A DNA stretch of 64,000 nt. It comes from Octopus vulgaris (lineage: Eukaryota). Under the pieces are notes generated by a model. The model was not told the DNA's origin and searched no databases. It saw only the letters and a program-made list of their open reading frames with translations. The stretch lies in contig OX597821.1 of NCBI GenBank assembly GCA_951406725.2, positions 47,864,001 through 47,928,000 on the forward strand, given 5' to 3'. The position numbers were made by a program, and so were the translations under genes. Below are positions 1 through 13,236 of the stretch, in pieces (positions within the stretch are counted from its first letter, which is position 1; each line of letters starts with the position of its first letter).

Positions 1-29
1 TGTAAATTAAGTCCCTTGGTTATGCAATA

Positions 30-205
30 TTCGTCCTTCGGTTCGAAGATGACTATTGACATCATTTGGTGGAATTGCTGCTATGAGACCGGAGGTGGCT
101 GGTGAGGCCAATCCTGGCAAGAAAGCTCCTCCCACTGTGGGAGGCAGAAGTGGGTAGGGGCTGTGCTACTGGTGCAGGTGGCTCTGGCTTTCTGCATCTG
201 GCGTT
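30..205 (-). mobile_element. RTE-clade LINE 3' end (C-terminal zinc finger and 3' UTR)
   Basis: The minus strand reads ...FLARIGLTSHLRSHSSNSTK*, followed by GTCATCTTCGAACCGAAGGACGAA, typical of RTE/BovB-like 3' ends. Confidence 0.8.
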
Positions 206-1419
206 ATAAATACATCATATTGACAGAGTCAGGAAGATTGACTTAGTTGTTCAGTACCTCATTGACTCGATCTACAATTCTACAATCTTGCTGCTAGTTG
301 GAGTGATAAATTATTCCTTCATTAAAGAGAATCGTTGTAAATTAAGTCCCTTGCTGATAGATATACCACAGTGACTGTGAAAGTGACAAGATACACTTGA
401 TTGTTCAATACTGTGTGGACTCTGTCATCTCCCCTTGCTAACGTTAATGATTGAAGTATTCCACTACTGCCCCTTCTGTGTTTTAATTGAAAATCTTGTC
501 CAGAATGTTTTCTTATGTTTCAGCGCAGGAAATTAACCATCCATTGAAACACTTTCTCTTGCTGTCAAGAATAATTACTGTATTATTACAAATATAATTA
601 AACCATCTGCCTACCTGGAGAAATAACAGCCAAACTTCTCCCCCCATAACTGTCAGTGGAATGAGCTGAAGAAAAATCAAATCATAGGGTTATATGCATT
701 GCAATAATAATAATTTCTGACATTGATATAACACTTATGATATGGTAGTAGATGTTTAGTTAATTGACTCAACCCCAGCTCATTACTGGTACCTAGTTTA
801 TCAGTGTTGGTTGGCTAAAGAAAAAAATTGACATCTGAAAGGATTATGACTCATAATGCAGAAAGACATGTGATTTACTAATTTTGAAAACTTCATCACT
901 TATTGCAGTTGTTGGTATTTAACCCCAGGTCAGCATGATCCTACAGATTTATAATCAAAAGACTTTGTAGTCATGACCATCCAATCCGTTTTTCAGGCAC
1001 AGTGTACCAAGGATTATCTTATTCAATATGTTCTTTTAAAAGCTTTAGTGTGTGATTTCAAGGGAATTTCGTTGCTTTTTTTGGCTGTCCTCGCACTGCA
1101 GCTACTTTTTTTCTTATCAATGATAACATATATAAAGGGAAGTATTTATGCCATCAGTGAAGAATCTCAGAGTAGCTGACTGACTTCCAACCAACACAAT
1201 GTTAAATTTGAGATGAATATCTCATGTTTTAAGTGATAAATATCAGAACAATTTGATAAGACTGATAAGAGATATCCTAAACTAGACACTAACCATACAA
1301 GTTACTCCTTCATACATCGCACATATCTACTGTAATGGACAGTATGACATATGGGTTGACTTTAAGGAATTGGATTGGTCTAATTCATGACTGATCAGGA
1401 GCTAGCTATCATAACAATA

Positions 1420-1615
1420 TTGGTTTCAAATTTTGGTGCAATGCCAGCAATTTCAGGGAGTAGGTAAGTTGATTACACCAACCCAAGTGTTCAACTGGTA
1501 CTTATTTTATTCACCTTAAAAGGATGAAAGGCAAAGTTGACTTTAGCAAAATTTGAATTCAGAACACAAAGACAGAAGGAATGCTGCTAAGCATTTTGCC
1601 TGGTATGCTCACCAC
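1420..1615 (-). mobile_element. tRNA-derived SINE, family A
   Basis: Shares the B-box-like GAGTTCAAAT and the core GCCTTTCATCCTTT..GATAAAATAAGTACCAG with copies at ~16025, 35470, 45013, 46033-46645, 48825, 56843, 60588, 63290 and 63532. Confidence 0.8.
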
Positions 1616-2109
1616 CTCCTATCGTAACAACATTAAGAACAATAGCAGCAGCAGAAGCCACAAAAACAGTAAACCAATAACTTGTTGGTTGGTCCCTAGG
1701 CTTTGCCTGGCTAGGAAACATGGAGTGTTTAGTTATGAGGAATGTATAAAAAGTGATGGGTACAAGTCAGGATGGTTTGTAGTCAACACTTTATAAATGT
1801 TACTTTTTGATATAAAAGTCTTTGGCTGATAAAGCCATCGAATTGCATTAATAAAAGATGGGCACAAGAAAAAATAAATACAAGAGATATAGTGTATAGA
1901 CTAGCAAGGCATGATCAGTTTGCTAAATTCAAACCTAAAGGCTGGAAGTTAATTATTGATTTATTCAATACAAGAACAAGCATTTAGATCAAAAACTGTG
2001 AAATATCATATTGATAAGAATGTTGAATCAGCGTTATGGAGACTTTGTGGTAAAAAAGAGGATGTTGTTAGGCTACATAGTGAAAGAATTTAATAAACCT
2101 GCACAAAAT

Positions 2110-3044
2110 AAGACATAGCAACATTGAACACTCTAGTCTTCTCTATCATTAGTTCTCTGCCAAATTTTACAGCTTCTACTGTAATCTCCCATTTTAGGGC
2201 TACCCACCATCAGTTGTTGACCACTGCACCTGTTAACTTTTGATGGACTAACTTGCTAAATGGGTCTCTGAAAGCTTGACATGCTGGGAAGGACACGTTC
2301 AGCTTCTAGTATCCAGGACCCTGCCTATGAAGCTTATCTAAGTGAACTGTACAGGTCACAAATTTGTGGTCTGTGTAACTGATGAGTTCGAATTGTGGAC
2401 AACCTATGCTATCCCTAACTGCTAGCCTACAAATTATCCTATCTAGATAAGATCTGGATGACCCGACGTTGTTTGCCCATGTCCACACTGGGGCATTTGA
2501 GTACTCTAGTCTGAACCTGTCAGCCTGTTGGAAACAACTGAGCAAGTTTGTGAGGCTTGTGCACCCCTCTTTTCTATCCACTAGCCCCCCCAATCCACAC
2601 ATGCAGCCAAGATAACATTCCAGTCTCCTACTAACATTAAAGAGCGAGACGTCCTTAGAAACACCTCTAAACGTCTGAAGAAATCAGGCTGCCTCGATCC
2701 AGTTGGAACATACACAGCGACCAGTCTAAAAACACCGCCTTCATTATCATTCACGTCCAAGACCACCAACTCACTTTCCGGGTCCAGGAAGACCCACCGT
2801 ATCTTGAGATCCAGGCCTTTTCTGAACAACACTGCTACCTCACCCCCATTCCTGGTAGACTAAGAGACACAAAGATCTCAAAATTGTCAAAAATGGGTGC
2901 TAAGGTGCATGTGTCCACGATCTTGGTTTCACTGATGGTTATTACATTCAAATTCAACTACCTGAGGTCATTGAGCAAGCAATCTTGCTTCCAGGATGAC
3001 CCCAGGCCACGTACATTTATGCAACCTTCTCTTAGCACTGCCAT
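2110..3044 (-). pseudogene. Tx1/L1-clade LINE ORF2, APE endonuclease domain (disrupted, RT missing)
   Basis: ATG at 3044 gives MAVLREGCINVRGL...ISETK...LVAVYVP...LVGDWNVIL...WTW...SYLDRI...TDHK...GPGY*KLN, with stops and frameshifts. Confidence 0.9.
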
Positions 3045-3080
3045 ATTGACCTAAAAGGAAGGAAAGGAAGATGCGGTGTG

Positions 3081-5165
3081 TTATTTACTCTCTTGGGCCC
3101 ACTGGAGATCAGGTGGTCCTACCTCTATTTCTTCCTTGGGCTCCTCGTAGAAGCTTTGCATTGGCATTTACTTGAGGGATCCCTACATCATCTGGAAAGG
3201 AATCTCTAATTGTTCGGAGAGTGTCCAAATTCATCCTTCCCATCGTTAAATCCTTTGGCACGTTGCATGTGCTAGTCCAAGAAGATTTCTCCCACCTTTT
3301 CCAATGTCTTCTCTTTGTGATAAGAGGACCATCAGTTTTTTGTTGGCCCTCCTTACTAACACGTAGTCAGTTGCCTACGTTGTTGTTTTTTTGCTGTTCT
3401 TGTGTTTGTGGTGTGAGTTTCCTTTTGGGATATTGTTTTTTGTACCTGCAGTGGGGTTTTTGATGCTTGTGGTGATTTAGATGATTATTGTAGTTCCACA
3501 GGAGTTGGCTGAGTGTCTGCGTTTGTTGTGGGTGTGTGTGTAGTTTCTTTGCTATCTTGTTTTGATGCAGGATGTCTCTTCTCTGTGACTTCTTTTTGGA
3601 TTTTTGGATTTTTGGATTTACTCTGTTCCCCCTCATCATTACTTTCCGATGCGGTAGAACCAGTGTCTGTTGCAATCCCCTCCTCTCTGTGTGGAACTGA
3701 GTTCGTGTTTGTATGTGCATCTTTTTCTGCATGTTGCGTGTGTGAGGCGGGTTGTTGAGCTTGGTTGCGAGGTTTGGCTTTTGCAGTTGACCTCTCCGAT
3801 GGTTTTTCTGTTGGTGGTGTTGTCACACTTATCACCACTGCCACTATTGTTGCTATTTTTGCTGCTTTCCTTGTTGTTGGTGGTGATCTTTCTACAGCTG
3901 GTGCTGTTTTTTTTGTTTTCCCAACCTTGGTGTTGGTATCTACAGACCCCTGTACCTTTTTGCTGAGGGCAACGTGCTTCTAGGTGTGCTGCTTCACCAC
4001 AAGCAAGACAATGTGGCCATCTGCCCTCAGTGATCAAGGGTAATTTCATCCCGTCCTTGAGGTGGACATGGTGTGGGATGTTCTCCAAGTCTTGTGGTTT
4101 TATTTAGATTAGTATTTTCCAAATCCATCCCAATCCAGGCTTCTCTTTGCATCCGTCAGACTTTTAGGAGGAGGGTGCTTCTGCCCTTCATGATCACACA
4201 TTCCACAAGCCACCATATGTTGATAACTGGTGTTATTCCAGTGTCTCGAACTTTTATTGCTCTTCTGCCCATGTAGGATGGGTACATTATAAGCTGGTCA
4301 GTTTTATGGGGTCTTTCCGAATGCATCATGGCCAGCTCTTCTGTTTTAAAAAAGACCAAGATGGTATCAAAACTTTGAGCCCTTTGAATGAATTCGACAT
4401 CCTCTCTGATTGATCTCATTGCCATCTCCACTTGAAGGTGGGAGGGTTGTTCTTCTGTCTGAGACTGCACCAAGACAAACCTATATTTTATTGTCCTCGT
4501 CTCAATTTCTACCTCCACTTCAGCTGGGATTGCAAGGTTTGCCCAGGTTTTTTCTCTTTTTATGAGTTTGTGGGCCAGGGCTAACATCTCTTTTTTGTTG
4601 GAGATGTGTAACTCATAGTACTTTTGTTGGCATTTCACAGCTGCTGCTGCAAAAGTACTTGTTTCGCTCTCACTGTTGATGGTGGTGGTGGAACCATTCA
4701 CTTTGTTACTGCTGTTGTTACTTCCAAATACACCTACCTCTCTTTACTGGTGTTGATGTTGGTATTGGTTGTATTCTCATCGATGTTTTTGTTGTCGTTA
4801 TTCGTTCTGTTATTGCTTTCTGTTCAGCTTTTCTACTCCATATTGTTGGGGTTGTTACTTTCTGTGTTGATATCAGTTATCATGGTATTTTCTACATTAT
4901 TTCTGTTTGGGGAGTTGGCAGTTACATTTTTGTTGTCTGTTCAAGAATTGAGTGATTGTGTGTTCTCCATTGTGTTGCTTTTCTGTTCTAATACTTCTTT
5001 GTTCTTTGCAGTTAATTTTATCACTGTCCATAGAGTTTGTGATGTTTTTGGATCTGTTATCAATTTTGTCCTTGATATTATTACTTGTGTCAACGAAAAT
5101 TACATTTTTGTAACTTTTCCTGCTGTCACAAATTGGTTTGTTTTGCCCCTCCATACCATTTTTCA
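3081..5165 (-). pseudogene. Tx1/L1-clade LINE ORF1 (gag-like, CCHC zinc knuckle), frameshifted
   Basis: CLACGEAAHLEARC (CX2CX4HX4C) at 3969-4010; N/T-rich low-complexity flanks; lies directly upstream of the APE ORF. Confidence 0.8.
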
Positions 5166-5363
5166 TTTGTGAACGTGTAAACATTTTGTAAATACTAATA
5201 TTTGGGTACAAGGCCCAAATATTATTTAGTTCTTTTTTTCTGGGGACAAATACTATTGTCTAATGCTTCTTTTTAAACAATAATATCAACAAAGGCAGTA
5301 GTTTTGATAACAAAAATACCTGTCAAGCTTCCACCGACATTCTAGCCTTCCAACTGGAAGTTG

Positions 5364-5364
<1 letters not shown>

Positions 5365-5397
<33 letters not shown>

Positions 5398-5493
5398 TAA
5401 TAATAATAATAATAATTAATAATAATAAAGAGGAGAAGAAGAAGAAGAAGAAGAAGAAGAAGAAGAAGAAGAAGAAGAAGAAGAAGAAGAAGA
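5365..5493. repeat. Compound (AAT)n(GAA)n microsatellite
   Basis: Read directly from the sequence. Confidence 0.97.
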
Positions 5494-5587
5494 AATTTTT
5501 ATGTCCAGCTTAACATGGATGTTTTGTGTTAGAACACTGAATATTGTATTATTCTCCCAGAGAGGACCTCTTGTATAGACTCATGGT

Positions 5588-5930
5588 GCATAAGAGCACT
5601 CATATTAATCATCATCATCATCATCATTGTTTGACACCCATCTTCCATGCTAGCATGGGCGGAATGGTACCACAAGAGCTGGCTAGGCTGAAGCCTGCAC
5701 CAGACTTCTGTGACTATTTTGGCAGGATTTTTACAGCTGAATGCCCTTCCTAACACCAACCACTCAGCAGAGTGAACTTAGTGCTTTTTACATGGCACAA
5801 ACACAGGCAAGGTCAGTTTTGGTAAGGTCTTTACAGCTGGATGCCCTTCCAAACGCCAACCACTTTACAATGTAGACTGGGTGCTTTTAAGTGACCCCTG
5901 CACTGACAAGGTCACCAAGTACTCACAAGA
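5588..5930 (-). mobile_element. (GAT)n-tailed retroposon 3' end, family B
   Basis: Motifs GTTGGYGTTAGGAAGGGCATCCAGC and CATGCTAGCATGGAA plus a (GAT)n tail; also at ~12511, 18511, 18598, 19025, 31220, 41500, 55680, 58170 and 63820. Confidence 0.8.
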
Positions 5931-6607
5931 CATTAAAAATGAAAAAAAAAATTATATCATATTTATAATAACTACTTGAAGGAAGAGTTTAGTAAATTAT
6001 TTAGACATAGTACTTTAATGGTACTCTGTTTCATCCTTACTAGAAAAATCAAAGATATGGTCAACCCCGACATGATTTTGAACTTAAAATGTAAAATAGT
6101 GCCACTAAATACCAAAAGCATTTTGTGTGTCACTCTACTGATTTTGTCGATCGAAAGGGAATGATGACAACAACAACACGAACAACATCGATAGTTATAT
6201 ATGCAGATCCATATAAAGACCTGGTAATAAATCTGTTAACAACACTAACATGAAAATAAAATTAAGGAGTAAATTAAGAGAGTGATGTTATAAAGATCAC
6301 AGCAGGGGCTGAATAACACAATGATCAAAGACAAGCATATCTCTTAGTACAACCTAAAATAAATCTGACACCATCTGTAAATATAAGTTGGAAATGAAGA
6401 AATGGTTGTTTTTATGGTTTTCAGTATGTAAAACTGATATATTTGTGAATGTATGTGATTATAACAAAATATATTATTGAAATATAGAGGTAAACGAGGT
6501 TCACACATGGAAACAAACAAGAGTGGAATGAACTTTCAAATACAAACAAATTGACATGGAGTGATACAGTAAGTACAGCTGGTACTTGTTGTTCACACAA
6601 AATTCTG

Positions 6608-6651
<44 letters not shown>

Positions 6652-7079
6652 ATTAGACAAAATGAAATATTTTAAATACAAAACACAATTTTAAAATACG
6701 GTCTACACTAGTTAAAACAATGAATGCCTGCTTCTCAGGTTAAATCAATCAGCAGCAAAACCAGTTCTGAATTTTATTTTTAATATGAGCATCCTGCAAT
6801 CATTGTTTTCATCATTGTCATAATCTTTGGATAGAGTTTCTTGAAACAGATTTTCTACAGCCAGACACCCTTTCCATTACTGATAATCACTTATTTGCAA
6901 GTAACATAACATTTTCACCATTGCCAGACTTCCCTTTGCAGAACTATCAAGAAGACACCAGACATACACATGCTCACACATACATACCTACATACATCCA
7001 TATACCATATATACTCACACACACATGCACGTAGACACACACGTACATGCACACACACACACACATACACACACACATA

Positions 7080-7235
7080 TGGCTTTCTTTCAGTTTCTAA
7101 CTACTAAATCCAGTTACAAGGCTTTGATCAACCAGGGCTTTAGTAGAAGACACTTGCCCAATATTCCACATAGTGGAACTGAACTCAAAACCATGTGACT
7201 GGAAAGCAAACCTCTTATCAATGCAGCCACAGCTA
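7080..7235 (-). mobile_element. tRNA-derived SINE head, family C
   Basis: Minus strand shows a tRNA-like head followed by TTGGGCAAGTGTCTTCTACTA; also at ~19395, 33830, 38880 and 61035. Confidence 0.75.
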
Positions 7236-8194
7236 CACCTATTATTTTAGATATAGTGCTATCAATATACAAAAGAGGAAAAAAAAGCTAGTTCACCAAC
7301 AGCTCTCTATAGCAAAAAATGAAATAGCCCATCTCTTCCTATCAACATCCAAAATGCAACCATAATGCTGGATTAGTGACAACTATAATGAAGAGTTAGA
7401 GGCAACACTCTATCTAAAATGTGTAAGTATTATAAAAGAGACATAAGAGATATGGAGAAAAAGAAGAAAAGTGAAGAAAATATCACACAAAACATATTAA
7501 TGAACATACAGAAATTTGCAGTAAACAAGAGTGAGAAACAAAAATTAAAACAGACAAATTTAAATTGGTATTGAAAATAAAACAAAATATCTGAACTTTA
7601 TAAAACCAACACATTACATGAGAACCTACACACAGAAAAAAAGAAAGAAAGAGATAAAACCTCATTAAAGGAAGAAAGCAGCTTAACAAATGTGACCACA
7701 CATATAATGTGTAGATGGTCACTCACTGGTCATCTCTGTTAAGTTTATTGAAATTGGAGAGAAATAAACACAAGAAGTAAATAAGGCGGTAAGTAAATAT
7801 AAAATATAAAAATAAAAATAGAATACTGATAAAAAAACTAAACCTTGAAAAATGACCATCAAAACTCTCCTAGTAGCACTCAATAAAATATACGGCTGTA
7901 ATAAAAAAAGTAGACACTCAGTCCCATACCTGGCAACAAACAGAATGCAAAAACATACAACACATATGATGAAACACTGTTAATGTTGAAAAGAGTCTCA
8001 CTTAAGCCATAAAGAAACTAAAACATGACAAAATTAATGAACAGTAATCAGTGGCAACCTTCTTCTCTAGTTACAAAGGAATAAGTAAATATAACAGGAA
8101 CATACAAGAAGTTTCACACCAGAAAACAGACATTTACAGATTGAATGATTTGATCTACTTAGTAGCAGTAGTGAGGGAAATGGGGGTTTATCTT

Positions 8195-8225
<31 letters not shown>

Positions 8226-8699
8226 CAGATATAGAAAGAGATAGAGAGAAAAAACTACTCACACAAACCTAGAAATAAAATATAAGTAGAACTGAGAAGA
8301 CAGAATAGGCCTGTCTTTTATTTAGTAAAATGGAGATAGAACCAAATGACCATGAAACAGACAAAAAAAAAAGCTATGAAAAAATGTTAAATATCAATAT
8401 TCTAAAAATAAAAGAAAATATCAGACAAAGCTTACAAGCTAAAACATCTGCAACAAAACAATTTAAGCAGGTGAGTGTTAATTTCTGAGAGATAATATTT
8501 CACTCAAAATACCAAAAGATTTGACAAAAACATCTCAGCATGAGAAGACACACCAATACCAACAGAAATTCAAGATTACTGAGAGGGAATATGTGGCAGA
8601 AATAATTAGTCTAGTCTGATTGGCCCAAAGTCATCAGAGTTAATGACTGGCTGGCTAAAACTGATCAATATTTTGAGAATTATTTTTACTAGGTGTGAG

Positions 8700-9480
8700 T
8701 TTTTCACATACATGTGTTTCTAATAATGCTGTGAAATTACAAGATTGGACATTGTTAGAATGGCTAAAGAAGTTGGAAATCTTTAAAAATACTACCAATG
8801 TCTAATGGTCAGGTTAAAAGAAAGGTACAGGCAGTGAGCCAAATTAATGCTTTCATTAAATAATTTGGATCCTCTGGTTCCTGATTTTGCCGATTTGTTC
8901 TCAGTTACTGGTCAATTCCCCATACTGGAAGAAAGAAAAAGCCTTCAACATTGCTGTGACATTAGATGTGACACCTTTAACAATATCTTTTGTAGTTGAT
9001 GTCTTTCTGTGGTTTGTTCCTAAGTTCAGTACTATATCTGAAACCCAGCACAATATTTGAAAAAGCCTAATGTCTAAAATAGATGAGCAGAAATACATCA
9101 CTGGTAGCAAAGAACAACAAAATAGTTCTGGTGCACAATGACCAGGTAAGAAAATGTACTGAGAATGATGAGGAAAAGTAGGATTCTAAACTAAAACCAG
9201 AAGCAGAACTAAGTCCAGGTGATCAGAGGACCAGCTTGGAACAAATGATGACGAAGCAAAACAGTTCCTCCTAATTGATATGGTGAAATATAGCATCATT
9301 GTTTTGTAACAGTGCCGTTGCATGTCTTTTGCAAGAAACTGTCATACAAGCCAATCTAATGGTCATGTGATGAAGGCTGCATGGCTGTTGTATCAGTAAA
9401 ATCAAGTTTGCTTTCTCTAATTGACAACGGAACAATTTTACTAAAACAGAAAATACGAACAAACTAAAACATTTCATCAC
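8700..9480 (-). pseudogene. Possible highly degraded hAT transposase
   Basis: Minus-strand peptides VTSNVTAMLKAF (cf. VTDNASNMLKAF) and LAHCLYL (cf. CxAHxLxL) occur in the expected order; many stops. Confidence 0.35.
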
Positions 9481-10159
9481 ATACCCAAGGTACCCAGAGC
9501 TGCACTCAGTAATACAGAGAAATCACGCAATAAAAATAAGATCACTGATTGATGATGATGATGATGATGATAATGATGATGATGATGACAATAATAATAA
9601 CAGTAACTAGTATTCTGTTTCCAAGTCTTTGTGAAAGGTAATTATAACTAACCAATTTTTTGGTGCCTGACCAATTATTGCTCCTTTGATATGAAGCTGA
9701 TTTAGAATGACTAATGATTGCTAAATGGACTCTAAAACATTGATGATTATGAAGACTGTATGTATATGTGTACTTGAATATCTTTATATGTGAGCGATAT
9801 GTGTGTGTGTATGCATGTGTGTGTGATGTTTGATTGTGTGAATGTCTATATTTCTCTGTGTAATTTATATGGCCATGACTGTATGTTTGTGTGTCTATAA
9901 TACTATGTGTGTGAATGTGGGCATACATACAAGCAAATATAAATATATATATGCATGTGTGTGTGTGTGTATTCATGCATCTATACAAGTATGTGATTAA
10001 GTAGTATGCATGCTTATATATATGTCTCTATGTGCATGTGTGTCTATGAGTAAATTTTCATCTTTGTTTTTTCTACTTCTTTCAGTTTTTGTTCTGTGAC
10101 CATACTGGGGCATTACTTTGAAAGGTTTAGTCAAACAAATCAACACCAGTACTTACTTT

Positions 10160-11260
10160 TTGAGTACCAGTGCTAGTACCAACATTTAGGATAACAGACC
10201 AGACACTGGATGAGATAGAGATCCTACGCATCAAAACCAGAAAGGTACTAACCACAGCTGGTAACTTCCACATTTACAGTGACAGTGATAGAATTTATGG
10301 TGGTAGAGGCATAAGGTCAGTCCAAACAGCCTTTGAATGAAGCATTGTATCACTCAAACGACTGGTTGAACAGTAAAGAAAGAAATGAGTACATTCTATG
10401 CAAACTCAAAAGTAAGGGCAAAAACATCTTCAGAGCCAGAGAAGAACTACTGTGCAGGTATTCTGAAAATAGCATCCCAAAAGAGGCTGGACTGGCCTAC
10501 CTAAACAGAAGCTTTGAGGAGAAGCAAGCAACACACCAGCAAAAAGTAGTGCATGAGTACATATTCCATAAGCTAGAAGGCAACAACACCATAGAAGATA
10601 AGCCTCTCCACAACCTGTGGTAGATACATTGCATTCAACCTAAAAGAATATGCCTTTGCTATCGAGGAACAGGATAAAGCTACTAAATACCTGATAAACA
10701 AGAGGGATAAAGATACCACCAAAGTTCCATGTTGTAATAAAAAAATGTCAGTTCTCTGTTAACATCAGTGTGGAAGATATCACCTACATCAGCAGCAGCT
10801 GTCCCAAAATGTGTATGAGACACTACCTGCCCCTAGGACATGATATAGTTGCAAAGACTATCTATTTACGTTGCTATCCATAGGAAGGACTGTCCTGGTG
10901 TATACATCAAAAGCATGTCAGAACCAGCAGGTATTCACACCTTCAAAAACAAAGAATACTGACAGAAAACCTATAAAAAAACATTAATTCAATGCAAACA
11001 TGACAGACCTGATATTGTTTAGCGGGACAGGGAACAAAAGTAACACACTGTTGTAGAGGTCAACTTCGCAGCAGGTGTGAATGTACAATCAAAAGTCCAG
11101 GTAAAAGAGAACATTTATGTGAAATTTACAGTTCTTGTACTCTGACTATGAATTCTCATTTATACCTATCATCATAGGTGCATTAGGTTATGTACCAACT
11201 AATTTGTGCAAAAACCTAGAAATACTCACTTTCACAGAAAAAGAGCGAAAGAAACTGTCA
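10160..11260 (+). mobile_element. R4/Dong-like non-LTR fragment (post-RT region and restriction-like endonuclease)
   Basis: YGGRGI, VEDITYISSSCPK, GHDIVAK, HDRPDIV, VVEV and IPIIIGALG across frameshifts. Confidence 0.8.
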
Positions 11261-11705
11261 TTGCTGACTTCCTATATTTAACATAACAGTGTGAAAAAAA
11301 CAGGATTATTTTATGAAATGCAACTTTGTTAAGAGAATGTGCATTTATAAAGCAACAAAAAAATTACTACCTAGTTACTGCCAATAAAATTGATAACATA
11401 TATATATATGTATACATATGTATATACACACTACTATAATGCATTTTTAATATGGTTAGTATTCGTTGCTAAATCATAATCATAAATACGGTTATCTTAT
11501 TTATGTTTATGTGTAGAGAAAAATCGAGCACATCTCATTCACATTATTGTCATTCAAGTATATTCTTTGTAGGTAACATGCAATTATATAATTAAATATT
11601 GTTACATACAAAGTGAAAGTGTTGCAATGTAAGCTGACATCAAGATACATAATAGCAATGAAATCTTACTTATGTTAAAGCAATGGGCAAACATAAATGT
11701 GCACC

Positions 11706-12862
11706 ACCAATCTGGTGGTGTTGGCTATAATCTAGTCACCTATATAGTCAAGAAGGTGATACATGAAGGAGACATACCCAATGACTGGTGTAGCAGCACC
11801 ATAGTCAACTGCTACAAAGGTAAAGGTGATGCTTTAGATACAAATAATTACAGAGGTATCAAGTTGTTGGATCCGGTAATGAAAGTCACAGAGAGGGTCA
11901 TAGCCCAACTAATTAGGTAGAGAGTTAGTTTAGACGAGATGTAGTTTGGGTTTGTGCCAGGGAAAAGCACTACTGATGCTATATTTCTGGTAAGACAGCT
12001 GCAGGAGAAATACCTAGCCAAAGATAAACCTCTGTACTTGGCTTTCGTTGACATGGAGAAAGCTTTTGACAGGATCCACCAATCCTTTATCTGGTAGTCA
12101 ATGCAGAAACTAGGGATAGATGAGTGGTTAGTGAGAGCTGTACAAGCTATGTACAGGGATGTGGTCAGTAAGGTGAAGGTTGGCAATGAGTAAAGTGAAG
12201 AAGTCTGGGTAGGGGTAGGGGTCCACCAAGGATCAGTCCTCAGCTCCCTCTTATTCTTCATAGTCCTCCAGGCAATAACAGAGGAATTTAAGATGAGCTG
12301 CCCCTGGGAGCACTTCTATGCTAATGGCCTTGCTCTAATAGCCGAGTCACTATCAAAACTAGAGGAGAAGTTTCAGGTGTGGAGGCAAGGTCGAGAATCG
12401 AAGGGCCTTAGCGTCAATCTCGTAAAAACCAAAGTCTTAGTGAGTAGGAAGGTAAACAAATCACAAATCCTTTCAGGTAGAAGGCCCTGCTCAATCTTTA
12501 GAAAAGGTGTAGGAGATGTCATTGTCATGGCCGATGCCAGTACCACCTGACTGGCACCCGTACCAGAGGCATTTAAAAAGCACCATTCAAGCGTGGTGAA
12601 TGCCAGTGCTGCCTGACTAGTCCCATGCTGGTGGCACATTATTCAAGTATGGTCGATGCCAGTGTTGGTGACTTGTAAAAAGCATCCACTACACTCTCGG
12701 GGTGGTTGGCGCTAAGAAGGGTATCCAGCAGTAGAAACTTTGCCAGATCAGATTGGAGCCTGGTACAGCCTTCTGGCTTGTCAGTCCTCAGTCAAACCAT
12801 CCAACCCATGCCAGCATGGAAAGAGGATGTTAAATGACGATGACAATGACGACGACGACGTC

Positions 12863-12893
<31 letters not shown>
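11706..12893 (+). mobile_element. RTE-clade LINE RT fragment joined to a family-B 3' end and (GAT)n tail
   Basis: IPNDW..YKGKGD..NYRGIKLL, FGFVPGKSTTDAIF, AFVDMEKAFDR, GVHQGSVLSSLLF; tail at 12511-12893. Confidence 0.92.
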
Positions 12894-12895
<2 letters not shown>

Positions 12896-12958
12896 ATAGG
12901 ATTCAAATGTACAGACAAGCAGATGTATTAATTTGATGCTCAGGAAGAACAGAAAAGT

Positions 12959-13000
<42 letters not shown>

Positions 13001-13086
13001 ATTTAGTAGAACATAAATCCGAAAAAGAAACACACTCTAAGTCATAGAGCAATATATAATATAAAAGTTAGAAAAGGCCTGTTTAT

Positions 13087-13147
13087 GGGATTACCTTTGG
13101 TTTTATGTCCATAAAGAGCTTAGCTTTACGGCATATCATCAGATCTC
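13087..13147 (-). ncRNA. Type I hammerhead ribozyme relic (PLE-type)
   Basis: Minus strand: GAU CUGAUGA [stem II CCGUAAAG/CUUUAUGG] AAAA CC AAA G GUA AUC. GAAA is intact in the inverted partial copy at 13186-13231. Confidence 0.7.
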
Positions 13148-13236
13148 AAAACCTGTTAGCTTAAGGCCTGCTTCTCACTAGAGAAGCCACAAAGCTAAGC
13201 ACTTCATGGACGTGAAACCAAAGATAACCCCATATA

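Noticed and set aside
4624-5172. 182-aa hydrophobic membrane-protein-like ORF
   Set aside because: It is the antisense frame of the A-rich LINE ORF1.
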